This document shows, one piece after another, positions 32,165 through 41,591 of a DNA stretch of 64,000 nt. The stretch comes from Patescibacteria group bacterium (GTDB lineage Bacteria; Patescibacteriota; Microgenomatia; UBA10105; UBA927), in assembly GCA_018821245.1 (NCBI GenBank), contig JAHJMO010000009.1, forward strand, positions 199-64,198. Reading direction: 5' to 3'. The stretch's first letter is position 1. Each line of letters begins with the position of its first letter. Under the pieces are notes generated by a model, which saw nothing but the letters and a program-made list of their open reading frames with translations, made no database searches and had not been told where the DNA came from. Made by a program: the position numbers and the translations under genes.

Positions 32165-32861
32165 GCATTATATCATCCAGCGCTTCCATCTCCTTACATA
32201 AAGTCATGATTTTTTCATGCATATCATCAGTAACAGAGACAGTCGTGATCGATCTCATAATGATTTCCTGATTATCTACGGGCAGATGCACTGACTCAAA
32301 CTTTTTACTCATATCATGCAGGTTTTGTGGCAACGTGTATATCTCATACACGTCATCACGAACAAAAAAATCTTTCGCTCCTGCATCAAGAGCTACGGAT
32401 AATACATGGTCGTACGCTCCCGAATTCACAGGCACAGTTAATACTCCACAGCGCTCGAACAAATAGCTTACAGCGCCTGGTTGGGCAAGTGAACCTTGGT
32501 ACCGGTCAAATATGTTCTTCACCAATGCTACCGTACGCTGATTGTTGTCCGAAGCTGCCTCCACAATAACAGCCACGCCACCAGGACAATAACCTTCGTA
32601 CATGAGTGACCGAATGTTTTTATCACCCTCGCCTTTCCCTTTCGCAATCGCCCGCTCTATCGTATCTTTCGGCATGTTTACCGCACGTGCTTTCTCTATA
32701 GCAAGCCGTAGACGAAAATTATTATTAGGGTCAGTTGCTCCCCCACCCTCACGTACGGCTATCGTGATCGCGCGGCTTGCCTTGGTAAACGCCTGGCCCT
32801 TCACAACGTCCGTGACGGCTTTTTGATGTTTGACCTTTGACCATTTAGAATGACCGCTCAT
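32142..32861 (-). CDS. yebC: YebC/PmpR family transcriptional regulatory protein
   Basis: MSGHSKWSKVKHQKAVTD...AITIAVREGGGATDPNNNFRLRLAIEKARAVNMPKDTIERAI hallmark. Confidence 0.9.
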   Translation of the reverse strand: MSGHSKWSKVKHQKAVTDVVKGQAFTKASRAITIAVREGGGATDPNNNFRLRLAIEKARAVNMPKDTIERAIAKGKGEGDKNIRSLMYEGYCPGGVAVIVEAASDNNQRTVALVKNIFDRYQGSLAQPGAVSYLFERCGVLTVPVNSGAYDHVLSVALDAGAKDFFVRDDVYEIYTLPQNLHDMSKKFESVHLPVDNQEIIMRSITTVSVTDDMHEKIMTLCKEMEALDDIMRVYTNEA

Positions 32862-32922
32862 AAATTAGTAGCTTCTCTATTTTACTTTCTCGCTTGACTT
32901 TTCTCAAGAAAACGATACACTG

Positions 32923-33675
32923 TTGCCCATGTCGACTCGATCATCCTCCGGCGTCAGGCAAGAAAAAGCGCCAACGGCAGAATCAGCTATAGAAGCAGCT
33001 CTGAATCAGAATTGGAAAGAAGCAATACGCATAAACAACTCAATTCTGGAACACAATCCCCACAATATCGATGCGTTGAACCGTTTAGGATTTGCCCAAC
33101 TAAAGATGTATCAATTCACGTCGGCCAAACGTACGTTTCAAAAAATATTAAATATAGACGCATATAACCAAATTGCATTAAAAAACCTCAGAAAGCTCTC
33201 GACTCTGCGGAAAAAAAACGTCCGGAATACCGGCACAATACAGATTTCTGCGCACGCTTTTTTAGCAGAACCGGGAAAAACCAAAATTATCGAATGCATC
33301 AATGTGGCCCCCATACATATCCTCTCTTCTCTCTCACCCGGTCAGGAAGTATACCTCAAAGCCAAAAACCATGTCGTAGAAGTTCGTAATGACGAGGGGG
33401 TATATCTGGGAGCGCTTCCCGATGATATATCGTTTAAGCTCATTAAACTTATGACTGCCGGAAATACTTATCAGGCAATTATGAAGGGTGTTGCGAAAAA
33501 CGTTCTTATCATTGTTATTCGGGAAGTGTCGAGAGGCAAACGTTTTGCAAATCAACCCTCTTTTCTTACAACTGCCACATACATTCCTTTTGTACGTAAA
33601 CTTATCCCCGATGATGTCCCTAATACCGCCGCCACAGGAGAATCGGACGAAGCCATCGAAGATACAGCTAACTAA
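32923..33675 (+). CDS. TPR-repeat protein, function unknown
   Basis: AL.NQNWKEAI...NPHNIDALNRLGFAQLKMYQFTSA TPR-like helices at N-terminus. Confidence 0.45.
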   Translation: MPMSTRSSSGVRQEKAPTAESAIEAALNQNWKEAIRINNSILEHNPHNIDALNRLGFAQLKMYQFTSAKRTFQKILNIDAYNQIALKNLRKLSTLRKKNVRNTGTIQISAHAFLAEPGKTKIIECINVAPIHILSSLSPGQEVYLKAKNHVVEVRNDEGVYLGALPDDISFKLIKLMTAGNTYQAIMKGVAKNVLIIVIREVSRGKRFANQPSFLTTATYIPFVRKLIPDDVPNTAATGESDEAIEDTAN

Positions 33676-34643
33676 TTCCCCTCATGAACGAAACGTTTGG
33701 CATAATCCATACCCAAGCGTAGTTCTAAATCTGCCCGAAGCATTCCGCGCGCGGATATCTTGCGGCAATGAAATATCGCGTCTATCATCTTAGCAGTTTC
33801 GCGATTTAACGCTTCGGACGATCCCTCAAGTTCACACTGCGACAGCCCTACAGGATTATTTCCTATCGACACAACAAACACTCCGAGTTTGGAAAGCATG
33901 CGCCCCACCCTGCTACCTAAACTTGATATGCTTGTAGTATTGTATATAGCGACGCTTTCAGCGTCTTTGCGGATTTTCTCGTTTTCAAACATATTTCCAA
34001 GCAATACATCAAGCCGTGAGAGGTCTACCGTTGGCATCGTTGTCCCGTCAGGCTGCTCCTTCATCGTTATCGCATTATCAGGCACAAGGACAATACGTTT
34101 ATATTGATTCCCTGCTACACCATTGAGCGCTACTTTTAATCGAACCATCCGTAAGAAAGGCATGTTAGTCCGGTAAGAGGAAGAAATATACCTGACAAGG
34201 CCCTGCAAAGAGAAGACATGGCTCACAAGAGCCTGCGGGTCTGAAACTGTCCATATATTATTCTCTTTTGACGGCCCAATGTACCATTGTACGGGAATGC
34301 CAAGAAGCTCCTGTATGCTTTCTGCCAAAATATCTCCGTCTTTTTTATCGATCGCTCCCAGTTTCCAGAGAGATTCAAGGGAATATTGCCCATATCCACT
34401 GACTGCTTCTATTTGAGTGTCAGCCGGCACAACAATAACCGCCGCCCTGCGCTGTTGACTGTCTATCGACACCACAACCACGGGGTCGTTTGCGATAACT
34501 ACGGTTGTTCTCCAAAGCGGCGATCGACGTGCTGTCCAAAAACAAAAGTATATAACGAGCAAAACGCCAAAAACCGCAAATATTCCCCATCTACCGTACC
34601 TTTTTTCAATCCGCTCGTATTTATGTGAATAGCGTTCCATCAC
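33672..34643 (-). CDS. LytR-CpsA-Psr (LCP) family cell-envelope phosphotransferase
   Basis: N-terminal TM, ...AVIVVPADTQIE.../...LVPDNAITMKEQPDG... LCP core, C-terminal LytR_C-like region; GTG start overlapping upstream small ORF. Confidence 0.7.
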   Translation of the reverse strand: MMERYSHKYERIEKRYGRWGIFAVFGVLLVIYFCFWTARRSPLWRTTVVIANDPVVVVSIDSQQRRAAVIVVPADTQIEAVSGYGQYSLESLWKLGAIDKKDGDILAESIQELLGIPVQWYIGPSKENNIWTVSDPQALVSHVFSLQGLVRYISSSYRTNMPFLRMVRLKVALNGVAGNQYKRIVLVPDNAITMKEQPDGTTMPTVDLSRLDVLLGNMFENEKIRKDAESVAIYNTTSISSLGSRVGRMLSKLGVFVVSIGNNPVGLSQCELEGSSEALNRETAKMIDAIFHCRKISARGMLRADLELRLGMDYAKRFVHEGN

Positions 34644-34776
34644 CAGTCCTTTTTGCCCTTCTTGATGATCGAAACCTGCGGCAGCTGCCAGGACGAAAGC
34701 GATGATTGCTTTTGCGCACGCCTCTCAAGATCCGACTTTTTCTTTTTCTTTTTGTCCCCTTTGTAAAATCCGCCAA
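34640..34776 (-). CDS. small lysine-rich protein (45 aa: MGSFGGFYKGDKKKKKKSDLERRAQKQSSLSSWQLPQVSIIKKGKKDW)
   Basis: not in ORF track (under 60 aa); AGGAG 9 nt upstream of ATG at 34776; stop TGA overlaps GTG start of the LCP gene (GTGA). Confidence 0.3.
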
Positions 34777-34874
34777 ATGATCCCATATTTGACTTCTCCT
34801 TTCTTAAATTTATAGTATACGCATTTCTGCCAGAAACTGCATCTTTCCCAGAAGCGATGACCGGGGATAATGTA

Positions 34875-36335
34875 TCAGGAACTAGACCTAAGATAGGATA
34901 CAGGATTAATCAGGTCGATCCATTCAGCCAGGGTGATATCTAATTTAGGTAAAATGCCACCTGTCTTTAGACGTTCCAATAACATAAAGGGTCCAACATA
35001 TCTGATCTGTCTATTTGATAAAGTGCCGTTATGATATCTTAAGCTTGCCTCTCTTACGACTTGCCAAAATTCTGTTAAAAACCTTCTTTCCATGCCTGTA
35101 TCAGCACCGCAAATTAAACTGCGAAAAACATCAGTTGATTTTAATAACTGACCTAATTTCGTAAATCTTAGACTGCCTATCGCGTCGCTAATCAATAACC
35201 ATTTAAAAGGATCGACCGTTGCTCCTAACGTCTGTAGTGCGACAATTTCTGCTTCCCGCCGGGCAATCTCATTTATTTTTGTCGAATTGACATCACTCCA
35301 ATACCCGTCACCAAACGGTAAACAAAGATGTTTCTCAAGCGTATGCGGCGGCAATTGATTTGCGACAAAGTCTTCCAGCGATTTCCCCCTAAATTGATCA
35401 ATTACCCACCAAAGCGCCTGCAGCTCTAATCTTCCCGCTACAATAAATTTATTCGCGGCTGTCGCACCAGCGCCTAAAACTTTCAGATTCCGCTCCGATA
35501 ATACCTTTTGCGTGATCTGCAGTAAAACAATCTGCCATCGGTCTCCTGTTTTTACCAGTGGCGCAGTGGCTACTATATCAAACGACGTCATATACATGGA
35601 TAATCTTCCGTCAAAAGCCGCTGTTATCTCATCGGGAGCCTCGCCGATTTCCATTCTAAACATAATCTTTCTTTCTCTCCTGTCTTGCTTCGTAAATTCT
35701 AAGCAATAATATCTCCGTTTATCTTCCCCACCATTCCACTTTGCTAAATCAACATGTTTAATTTCTACATTCCACTTTCTTCTTTGTAATAAAGGAACAG
35801 CCCATTCTTTCCAAATGCTAAACATTGTCAATAAATCATCGTCTGTATAATCAGCTTTTTTTCGAACCATAATATCCAAATCCGGACCATGCGTTAGACC
35901 GGCAAAAACTTCCGCCAATAATTGCTTATTAACTCCCTCTTGATTATGGTCAGGCTCAAAGCATTGTGCCAATTGATAAACTTCTGGTATGCTCCAGTAA
36001 TCAGACGGTGCACGGCTCAAGCCATCATAGGGATTTAGAACAGTTCGGATTACCGAGCTGCCGCGTACAAATATCCCCGGATGCTCGAGATCTCCCTTTT
36101 CGCAGACCGGCTCAAGATAATCTAAAACCGTTGTAATAATCCGTGCCACTTGCCGGTCTTCAACGGCCGGGAAAAATTCCTGCAGCCACGCCTGGAAACT
36201 ACGTTTTGTTTCTCTGAATTCTGTTTCCAGTATTCCTGCCGTTCGATCCCTACTTGTTTCTAATCTTCCAGTCATATTATTTATTTTGAAAAATATAACC
36301 TTTTCCTTTAATGGTTCTAATTGTGTTTTTATCAA
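34875..36335 (-). CDS. hypothetical protein (486 aa), no recognisable family
   Basis: long ORF, no P-loop, no TM; start ambiguous (TTG 36335 or ATG 36275 placed 1 nt after upstream stop). Confidence 0.4.
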   Translation of the reverse strand: MIKTQLEPLKEKVIFFKINNMTGRLETSRDRTAGILETEFRETKRSFQAWLQEFFPAVEDRQVARIITTVLDYLEPVCEKGDLEHPGIFVRGSSVIRTVLNPYDGLSRAPSDYWSIPEVYQLAQCFEPDHNQEGVNKQLLAEVFAGLTHGPDLDIMVRKKADYTDDDLLTMFSIWKEWAVPLLQRRKWNVEIKHVDLAKWNGGEDKRRYYCLEFTKQDRRERKIMFRMEIGEAPDEITAAFDGRLSMYMTSFDIVATAPLVKTGDRWQIVLLQITQKVLSERNLKVLGAGATAANKFIVAGRLELQALWWVIDQFRGKSLEDFVANQLPPHTLEKHLCLPFGDGYWSDVNSTKINEIARREAEIVALQTLGATVDPFKWLLISDAIGSLRFTKLGQLLKSTDVFRSLICGADTGMERRFLTEFWQVVREASLRYHNGTLSNRQIRYVGPFMLLERLKTGGILPKLDITLAEWIDLINPVSYLRSSS

Positions 36336-37467
36336 TACTTAACTGGAAAAGCTTTTTCCTCAACCTGCGCATCACCTGATCAATCGCCCAGTCAGAACCG
36401 TTTTCAGACCATTTGTCCTGCCACAATAACTCTCCGATTTGGTCTTTGGTGATAACTTCCCCTTTGTGCTGAAGAAAGTATGCAAGCAATTGATTTTCCC
36501 GCAAAGTCAATAAAGTATCTGCAGAGATGCCATTTATTACTATTTGTTGATTGGAGTTTAACTGTAAAGACACACTGTTAATAATTGACTTAACATAATC
36601 TTTTAGTATTGGTACGGTAATAATCAGCTTATGGCCAACTTTAAATAATAAATTAGTTCTTAATAGAAATAATATCTCCGGATCTTCATTAACCACAACC
36701 TCTTGCTGGTAAATTACTTTTCTAATAATTTCCTGCTCTTTCGTCGAAAAACCCTGCCAGATTGTTTGTAAACGAAACCGCATCGCTTCATGGTCGAAAC
36801 TTACCTTTCCGGTTTGGTGTAAATGCCTGACGGCTTCTGTAACCAGCCAAATATGTCCGCCGCATGAGTCCAGAATCGTTTCCCGTTCTTTTATTCGCAT
36901 CTGCCAATGGTATAAATTTTCTAAGTGACGAATATAATGTTCCATTTCGCTCCTTTTATATAATGTCAAATATTCAACATTTTGCACTATCGGCAGACAG
37001 TTTTGGGTAAAAGATTGGTATTCAGAGGCTAAAATGTTTTTTTCGAAAAACATAAGAAATGAAATTTTACGATACTGATTTAAAACCACTTGAGGAATAG
37101 TTGTTAAAAGCTGTGGGGCCGAAGCAATCAGCCATTCTGCGTCAATAATGATAATTATGTTCTGTAAGGCTGTCCGGTCAATTAACTGGTTTAAGTGATT
37201 GAAAAAGTCATTTGGTTCTTCTATCGCCATTGAACGGAAGGTTAAAGAAGTCACGCGGATCTTCTTGCGATTAAAAATATCTGCTTTTTCGGTCAAGAAC
37301 TGCGCAATCCGGTAATGACGGTCATAGGGGGCAAGCGATAAAATGCTTGCACATTCGTACCGTTTAATCACTGACAGCCAATTAGAAAACATACGGTCGG
37401 CAGTCTCCTGCGGTAACGGATTGCTGTAACGACTCATAGGCCTCGGATTATAGCACCGAAATGTCAA
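36277..37467 (-). CDS. DNA-binding protein with C-terminal OmpR/PhoB-type winged helix and uncharacterised about 280-aa N-terminal domain
   Basis: C-terminal LTLRENQLLAYFLQHKGEVITKDQIGELLW...AIDQVMRRLRKKL...IRTIKGKGYIF = Trans_reg_C pattern; N-terminus has IIIIIDAEW (Walker-B-like) but no Walker A. Confidence 0.55.
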   Translation of the reverse strand: MTFRCYNPRPMSRYSNPLPQETADRMFSNWLSVIKRYECASILSLAPYDRHYRIAQFLTEKADIFNRKKIRVTSLTFRSMAIEEPNDFFNHLNQLIDRTALQNIIIIIDAEWLIASAPQLLTTIPQVVLNQYRKISFLMFFEKNILASEYQSFTQNCLPIVQNVEYLTLYKRSEMEHYIRHLENLYHWQMRIKERETILDSCGGHIWLVTEAVRHLHQTGKVSFDHEAMRFRLQTIWQGFSTKEQEIIRKVIYQQEVVVNEDPEILFLLRTNLLFKVGHKLIITVPILKDYVKSIINSVSLQLNSNQQIVINGISADTLLTLRENQLLAYFLQHKGEVITKDQIGELLWQDKWSENGSDWAIDQVMRRLRKKLFQLSIDKNTIRTIKGKGYIFQNK

Positions 37468-37532
37468 TCTGACAAATATATGTCAGGATACGCGTCAAGC
37501 AGGAAAGTTTGCCTTATCTTATGCTAGCCGTT

Positions 37533-37850
37533 ATGAATTTAGAAGCGTGTAATTGTACACAATGCGGAGGCCCGCTCTCGTCACCAAGTTCATGTGATTG
37601 GTGTCATACACAATTTACGTTTGAACAAACAGTGAATACCGAAGAAAATCTTGTTAAACAAAAAATGAGGGTTTGGATGGGAGAAGGTAGTTTTGCGGCC
37701 GCACTGCAATATTCCGGTGAAACTGGCAGAAATAAACCTACACTTATCTGTGCCTATCGGGGCGATGGTCCTGAAATTACAATACGTTCTGAAGGAATCG
37801 CACCTTTCGAAACAGTAAAACGACTAACAGAAGATGGCAGAATCTTGTAA
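37533..37850 (+). CDS. small zinc-ribbon-like protein
   Basis: CNCTQCGG...(8)...CDWCH four-Cys cluster; hypothetical. Confidence 0.35.
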   Translation: MNLEACNCTQCGGPLSSPSSCDWCHTQFTFEQTVNTEENLVKQKMRVWMGEGSFAAALQYSGETGRNKPTLICAYRGDGPEITIRSEGIAPFETVKRLTEDGRIL

Positions 37851-37926
37851 TTAAATGAAGCTCTTGCCTGCGGACAGCGTCCGGCGGCAAAAGAAAGGCT
37901 CGGACAATAGCTTTTTTCAATCACAT

Positions 37927-38322
37927 ATGCCACCAAATGCCAAAGTCATTATTTTTGACGATGACGAACATCTTCGAAATACTGTCAAAGAAGTTTTAAA
38001 TTCTTCTAGCCATCAAGTTATTGGTGAGGCAGGCAGCATCGAAGAATTAGAAATACTTCTGGCACAATTAGATGTCTCACCTACCGTGTTTCTTCTTGAT
38101 AATCAAGCGCCCTGGCGTCCTGGAGAATCTTCTGATTATAAAGGTGTCGGGCATGCCGCAAGAAATAGAGTCAAAGATCGTTTTGGTGATCAATCAATTA
38201 TCGTTGCTTTTACTAGTTCAAAGGATACTAATTATGGTGATGTTAACTTTGATCCCAGCGAACAAAGCTTAAGGAAAAATTTATCGGAATTTATCACTTC
38301 ACTCCGACACAAAGAATCGTAA
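37927..38322 (+). CDS. orphan response-regulator receiver (REC) domain protein, atypical
   Basis: KVIIFDDDE (acidic pair), TVFLLDNQAP (phospho-acceptor Asp position), IIVAFTS (Thr/Ser); no output domain. Confidence 0.5.
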   Translation: MPPNAKVIIFDDDEHLRNTVKEVLNSSSHQVIGEAGSIEELEILLAQLDVSPTVFLLDNQAPWRPGESSDYKGVGHAARNRVKDRFGDQSIIVAFTSSKDTNYGDVNFDPSEQSLRKNLSEFITSLRHKES

Positions 38323-38328
38323 ACAATT

Positions 38329-38730
38329 ATGGCACACAATAAAGAAATCCGTATTGCCATCGTCGATGATAATCTCCATGCCGCGGAGACACTCGAATAT
38401 GTCTTAAAAAAACGTGGCGTGGCAACTCAGGTATTTCCCTCCTGCGAAAAACTTCTCGAATCTCATCCAGAGTATGACGCGTACATCACGGACACAGACC
38501 TAGGGCATGACATGAATGGATTTGATTGCGCAAAGGAAATTCGAGCCCGTGATCCGAATGCAGTCATCGTGGGCATATCGCTGATATCTGAAAGTGAAGG
38601 CGACGTGGCTAAAAAGGAAAGTGAGCTTCGCGAGATCTACCGGCGATTAGGCGCTGATGACTTTGTCAATCGAACAGATGGCTCTGGGGTGATCGCAGCA
38701 CGCGTTCTGGAATTGCTCGCTGGCAGATAG
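38329..38730 (+). CDS. orphan response-regulator receiver (CheY-like) protein
   Basis: IAIVDDN, AYITDTDLGHDMNGFD, VIVGISL, GADDFVNRT canonical REC landmarks. Confidence 0.65.
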   Translation: MAHNKEIRIAIVDDNLHAAETLEYVLKKRGVATQVFPSCEKLLESHPEYDAYITDTDLGHDMNGFDCAKEIRARDPNAVIVGISLISESEGDVAKKESELREIYRRLGADDFVNRTDGSGVIAARVLELLAGR

Positions 38731-38752
38731 AACCCGCTTTGAGATCATAAGA

Positions 38753-40492
38753 CTATCCCAACCCATGTTCTATTTTTAATCGGGAGATTTTTCCCGCTAC
38801 ATCTTCCGGTGAAACGCCAAAATCCGTGAGCAATCGCTCGACTATCGAAATCGCCGCTACAAACTCCGGCTGGACGATCGTGGCCACACCCAAAGCCTTC
38901 AACCGCTTCTGATCCTCCTCGTGATGCGTACGGCAGATAATTTTTATACGGCGGTTGAGAGACTGTGCGTGTCCGATGACCAATTCCTGCGTATGGCGGT
39001 CGGGTATGGCGATGATGACAGCCCGGGCCAAATCGACTTGCGCCCAGTCCAAGACATCTTTGTCTGCAGGATCGCCGTAAACTACACGCACACCCTTCGA
39101 TTTGAGATCGGAAACGACGGTATGATTATATTCAACAACCACATAAGGCACGCCGGCCATCTCAAGAGACCGCCCGACATACTTCCCTACCCGACCGTAC
39201 CCGCATAATACTACGTGGTCGCTCATGTCTATGCCCTTTTTCATGTCGGCAAGCTCCTCTTTAGCGTGAAACAGTATAGGCCACCGTTTTCCAAGCGCCC
39301 GAAGGAACCAATAATAGAGTTCGTGCCCTGCAGTAAGAAGCGGCGCGGATGCAACAATCGTCACGAAGGTTAAGGCAACCAAAAATGTATATTCGTCGCC
39401 CGACAGCGCTCCTTTAGACAATCCTTCGCGCGCGATGATAAACCCGAATTCGCTCATCTGTGTCAATCCTACACCGACCAGAAAAGCGGTCTTCCTATGA
39501 AAACGAAGAAACCGCAATAACACGTAGACAATTCCAAATTTTCCAACCATCACAACTATCGCAAACAACAATAACTTCATCCATGCCTGCATTAAAAACG
39601 CCGCCGGCAACACCATACCAAGGGAGACGAAAAACACCACAACAAAAAGGTCACGAAGAGGCCGGATTTCCGCAAACATCGCGTGGTTCTGCGTCGTTTC
39701 TGCGATAAGAAGCCCTGCGATGAACGCTCCGATTGCTGCGGATAACCCAAGCGTATAAGTAAGAACGGATGATAAAAGAACAATTCCAACGGTAAAAAGT
39801 ACATAAATTTCGCGGCTCCCGAGACCGGCAATTTTGGCAAGCGCCTTGGTCATTATTCCCCTGCCCAAAAGAAGAATAACGGCAATGGCGCCGGCTGCTT
39901 TAACAAGACTTACAAAGACAAGAGAAGCTACCGTCACAATACTAGCCTCTTGTGAGTTGCCGATTGATGTGACTGCGGACAAAAGTATCATAATCGGAAC
40001 TACGGCCAAATCCTGCACCACAAGCCAACCGGTGGCTACTTCACCGGGCACTGTATCAAGTTCTCCGCGTTCAGAAAGTACTTTTATAACTACTGCTGTT
40101 GAAGAAAGGGAAGCTGCGGTGGCCAAAAACAAAGCCGGAACAAGCGAAAATCCCAAAAGCATCGAAAAGACGAAAAAAACGATGACAAATAACACAATCT
40201 GGGCAACCGCCGACCACGCAACGATCCCTAAAATCCGCCGAAGCCGGTGAAATGAAAACTCCAGGCCCAGGGTAAAAAGAAGAAGCGTCACACCGCCGTC
40301 GGCAATAAACTGCAACAGATCAAGCCGCGCAAGACGGGGAAAAAGATTGCCAAAGAGAATTCCGGCAACGATGTATCCTACAAGCATGGGCTGGCGCAGT
40401 TTTCTTGCAACAATTCCACCAGCTATTGCCGAGGCAAATACCAAAACAAGCGTCGTAACCAGTAGCGCGCTATTTGAGTCCATGGCGTTCAC
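38753..40492 (-). CDS. kefB: monovalent cation:proton antiporter-2 (Kef-type) with C-terminal RCK/TrkA-N domain
   Basis: 12 to 13 TM CPA2 core plus VVLCGYGRVGKYVG...VVVEYN Rossmann motif. Confidence 0.8.
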   Translation of the reverse strand: MNAMDSNSALLVTTLVLVFASAIAGGIVARKLRQPMLVGYIVAGILFGNLFPRLARLDLLQFIADGGVTLLLFTLGLEFSFHRLRRILGIVAWSAVAQIVLFVIVFFVFSMLLGFSLVPALFLATAASLSSTAVVIKVLSERGELDTVPGEVATGWLVVQDLAVVPIMILLSAVTSIGNSQEASIVTVASLVFVSLVKAAGAIAVILLLGRGIMTKALAKIAGLGSREIYVLFTVGIVLLSSVLTYTLGLSAAIGAFIAGLLIAETTQNHAMFAEIRPLRDLFVVVFFVSLGMVLPAAFLMQAWMKLLLFAIVVMVGKFGIVYVLLRFLRFHRKTAFLVGVGLTQMSEFGFIIAREGLSKGALSGDEYTFLVALTFVTIVASAPLLTAGHELYYWFLRALGKRWPILFHAKEELADMKKGIDMSDHVVLCGYGRVGKYVGRSLEMAGVPYVVVEYNHTVVSDLKSKGVRVVYGDPADKDVLDWAQVDLARAVIIAIPDRHTQELVIGHAQSLNRRIKIICRTHHEEDQKRLKALGVATIVQPEFVAAISIVERLLTDFGVSPEDVAGKISRLKIEHGLG

Positions 40493-41226
40493 TTTCCGTG
40501 TGGTTGTATAATGGCATTCATATCATCCGGTATCGGCGCTTCGATTGCAAGATCTTTTTTTGTCGTGGGGTGTTGAAACGACACCTTCCACGCGTGTAAC
40601 ATGACACGTGGCGCCCATACGCGATCGTTGCGCGCTGTTTTCCTGCCCGCATACAGATAGTCCCCAACAATCGGATGGTTTATATACTTCATGTGTACCC
40701 GTATCTGATGCGTCCGACCCGTTTCCGGATATAGCTCAACGAGGGATATTTCTTCTTTTTCTCCTTTGACGCATTGACGCATTGACGCATTGACGCATTT
40801 GTATTTAGTGACCGCCTCTTTCCCTCCGGGCACGACACCAAATCGTTCGCGATTCCAGGGAAGTCTTCCAACTGGCGCCCGTATCTCTCCTTCTTCAGGA
40901 GCTACCGTACCGTGAACAATCGCTAAATATGTTTTTCTGATAACGCGCTCCTTAAATTGTCGTTGAAGTTCAACAAATACATCCGGGGTTTTCGCAATAA
41001 GAAGTGTTCCTGACGTTTCCTTATCTATCCGATGTACTATCCCCGCCCGATTCACAAACTCTTGTTCTTGTTCACTATGAACTATAAACTGTGAACTATG
41101 AACTTTTTCCTCTGCCCAATCCTGCACCGTCTCCCCTTTCACCGTTGTTGCCCTGTTCACAACCATCCCTGGAGGCTTATTTATAGCCAATACATCGCAA
41201 TCTTCGTAGAGGACAGAAATGTTCAA
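40489..41226 (-). CDS. RluA-family pseudouridine synthase
   Basis: HRIDKETSGTLLIAK catalytic-Asp motif, TGRTHQIRVH; contains in-frame insertion encoded by the 8-nt x4 repeat. Confidence 0.8.
   Translation of the reverse strand: MNISVLYEDCDVLAINKPPGMVVNRATTVKGETVQDWAEEKVHSSQFIVHSEQEQEFVNRAGIVHRIDKETSGTLLIAKTPDVFVELQRQFKERVIRKTYLAIVHGTVAPEEGEIRAPVGRLPWNRERFGVVPGGKEAVTKYKCVNASMRQCVKGEKEEISLVELYPETGRTHQIRVHMKYINHPIVGDYLYAGRKTARNDRVWAPRVMLHAWKVSFQHPTTKKDLAIEAPIPDDMNAIIQPHGK
40766..40797. repeat. perfect tandem repeat TTGACGCA x4 inside the rluA-family CDS
   Basis: read directly; 32 nt, unit length not a multiple of 3. Confidence 0.9.
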
Positions 41227-41591
41227 TCCTTTTTCCCCTTTTCTTTTTCACAACAAAGACACAGCGTGGCTGTCGGGAGAATTCCCAAGCGATCAGTATC
41301 TATCATTGTTTTGCATCTTCGACAATACCCGTACGTACCGTCTCGTATTCTCTCTAATGACGCATCTATCTCTTCCTGCTTTTTTGCAAGTTCTGCAATA
41401 ATTGCTGCGACGTTGTCGTGCTTGGATTCTTCGCTTGCTTCCGTATCGGAAGCGGCGTTGTCATTGACGCGATCGGGATCCGCAAACGGGTCCTGTGCAG
41501 AAAGCTCGTTGATACGAGCTACGATACGAGTTTTTTCTTCTTCCAGATGCCTTCGGATTTCAAGAAGAATTTCGTCTGGAAATTTTTGCAT
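41223..41591 (-). CDS. dksA: DksA/TraR-family C4 zinc-finger protein
   Basis: CRRCKTMIDTDRL...ATLCLCC C4 finger, acidic coiled-coil N-terminus. Confidence 0.7.
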   Translation of the reverse strand: MQKFPDEILLEIRRHLEEEKTRIVARINELSAQDPFADPDRVNDNAASDTEASEESKHDNVAAIIAELAKKQEEIDASLERIRDGTYGYCRRCKTMIDTDRLGILPTATLCLCCEKEKGKKD

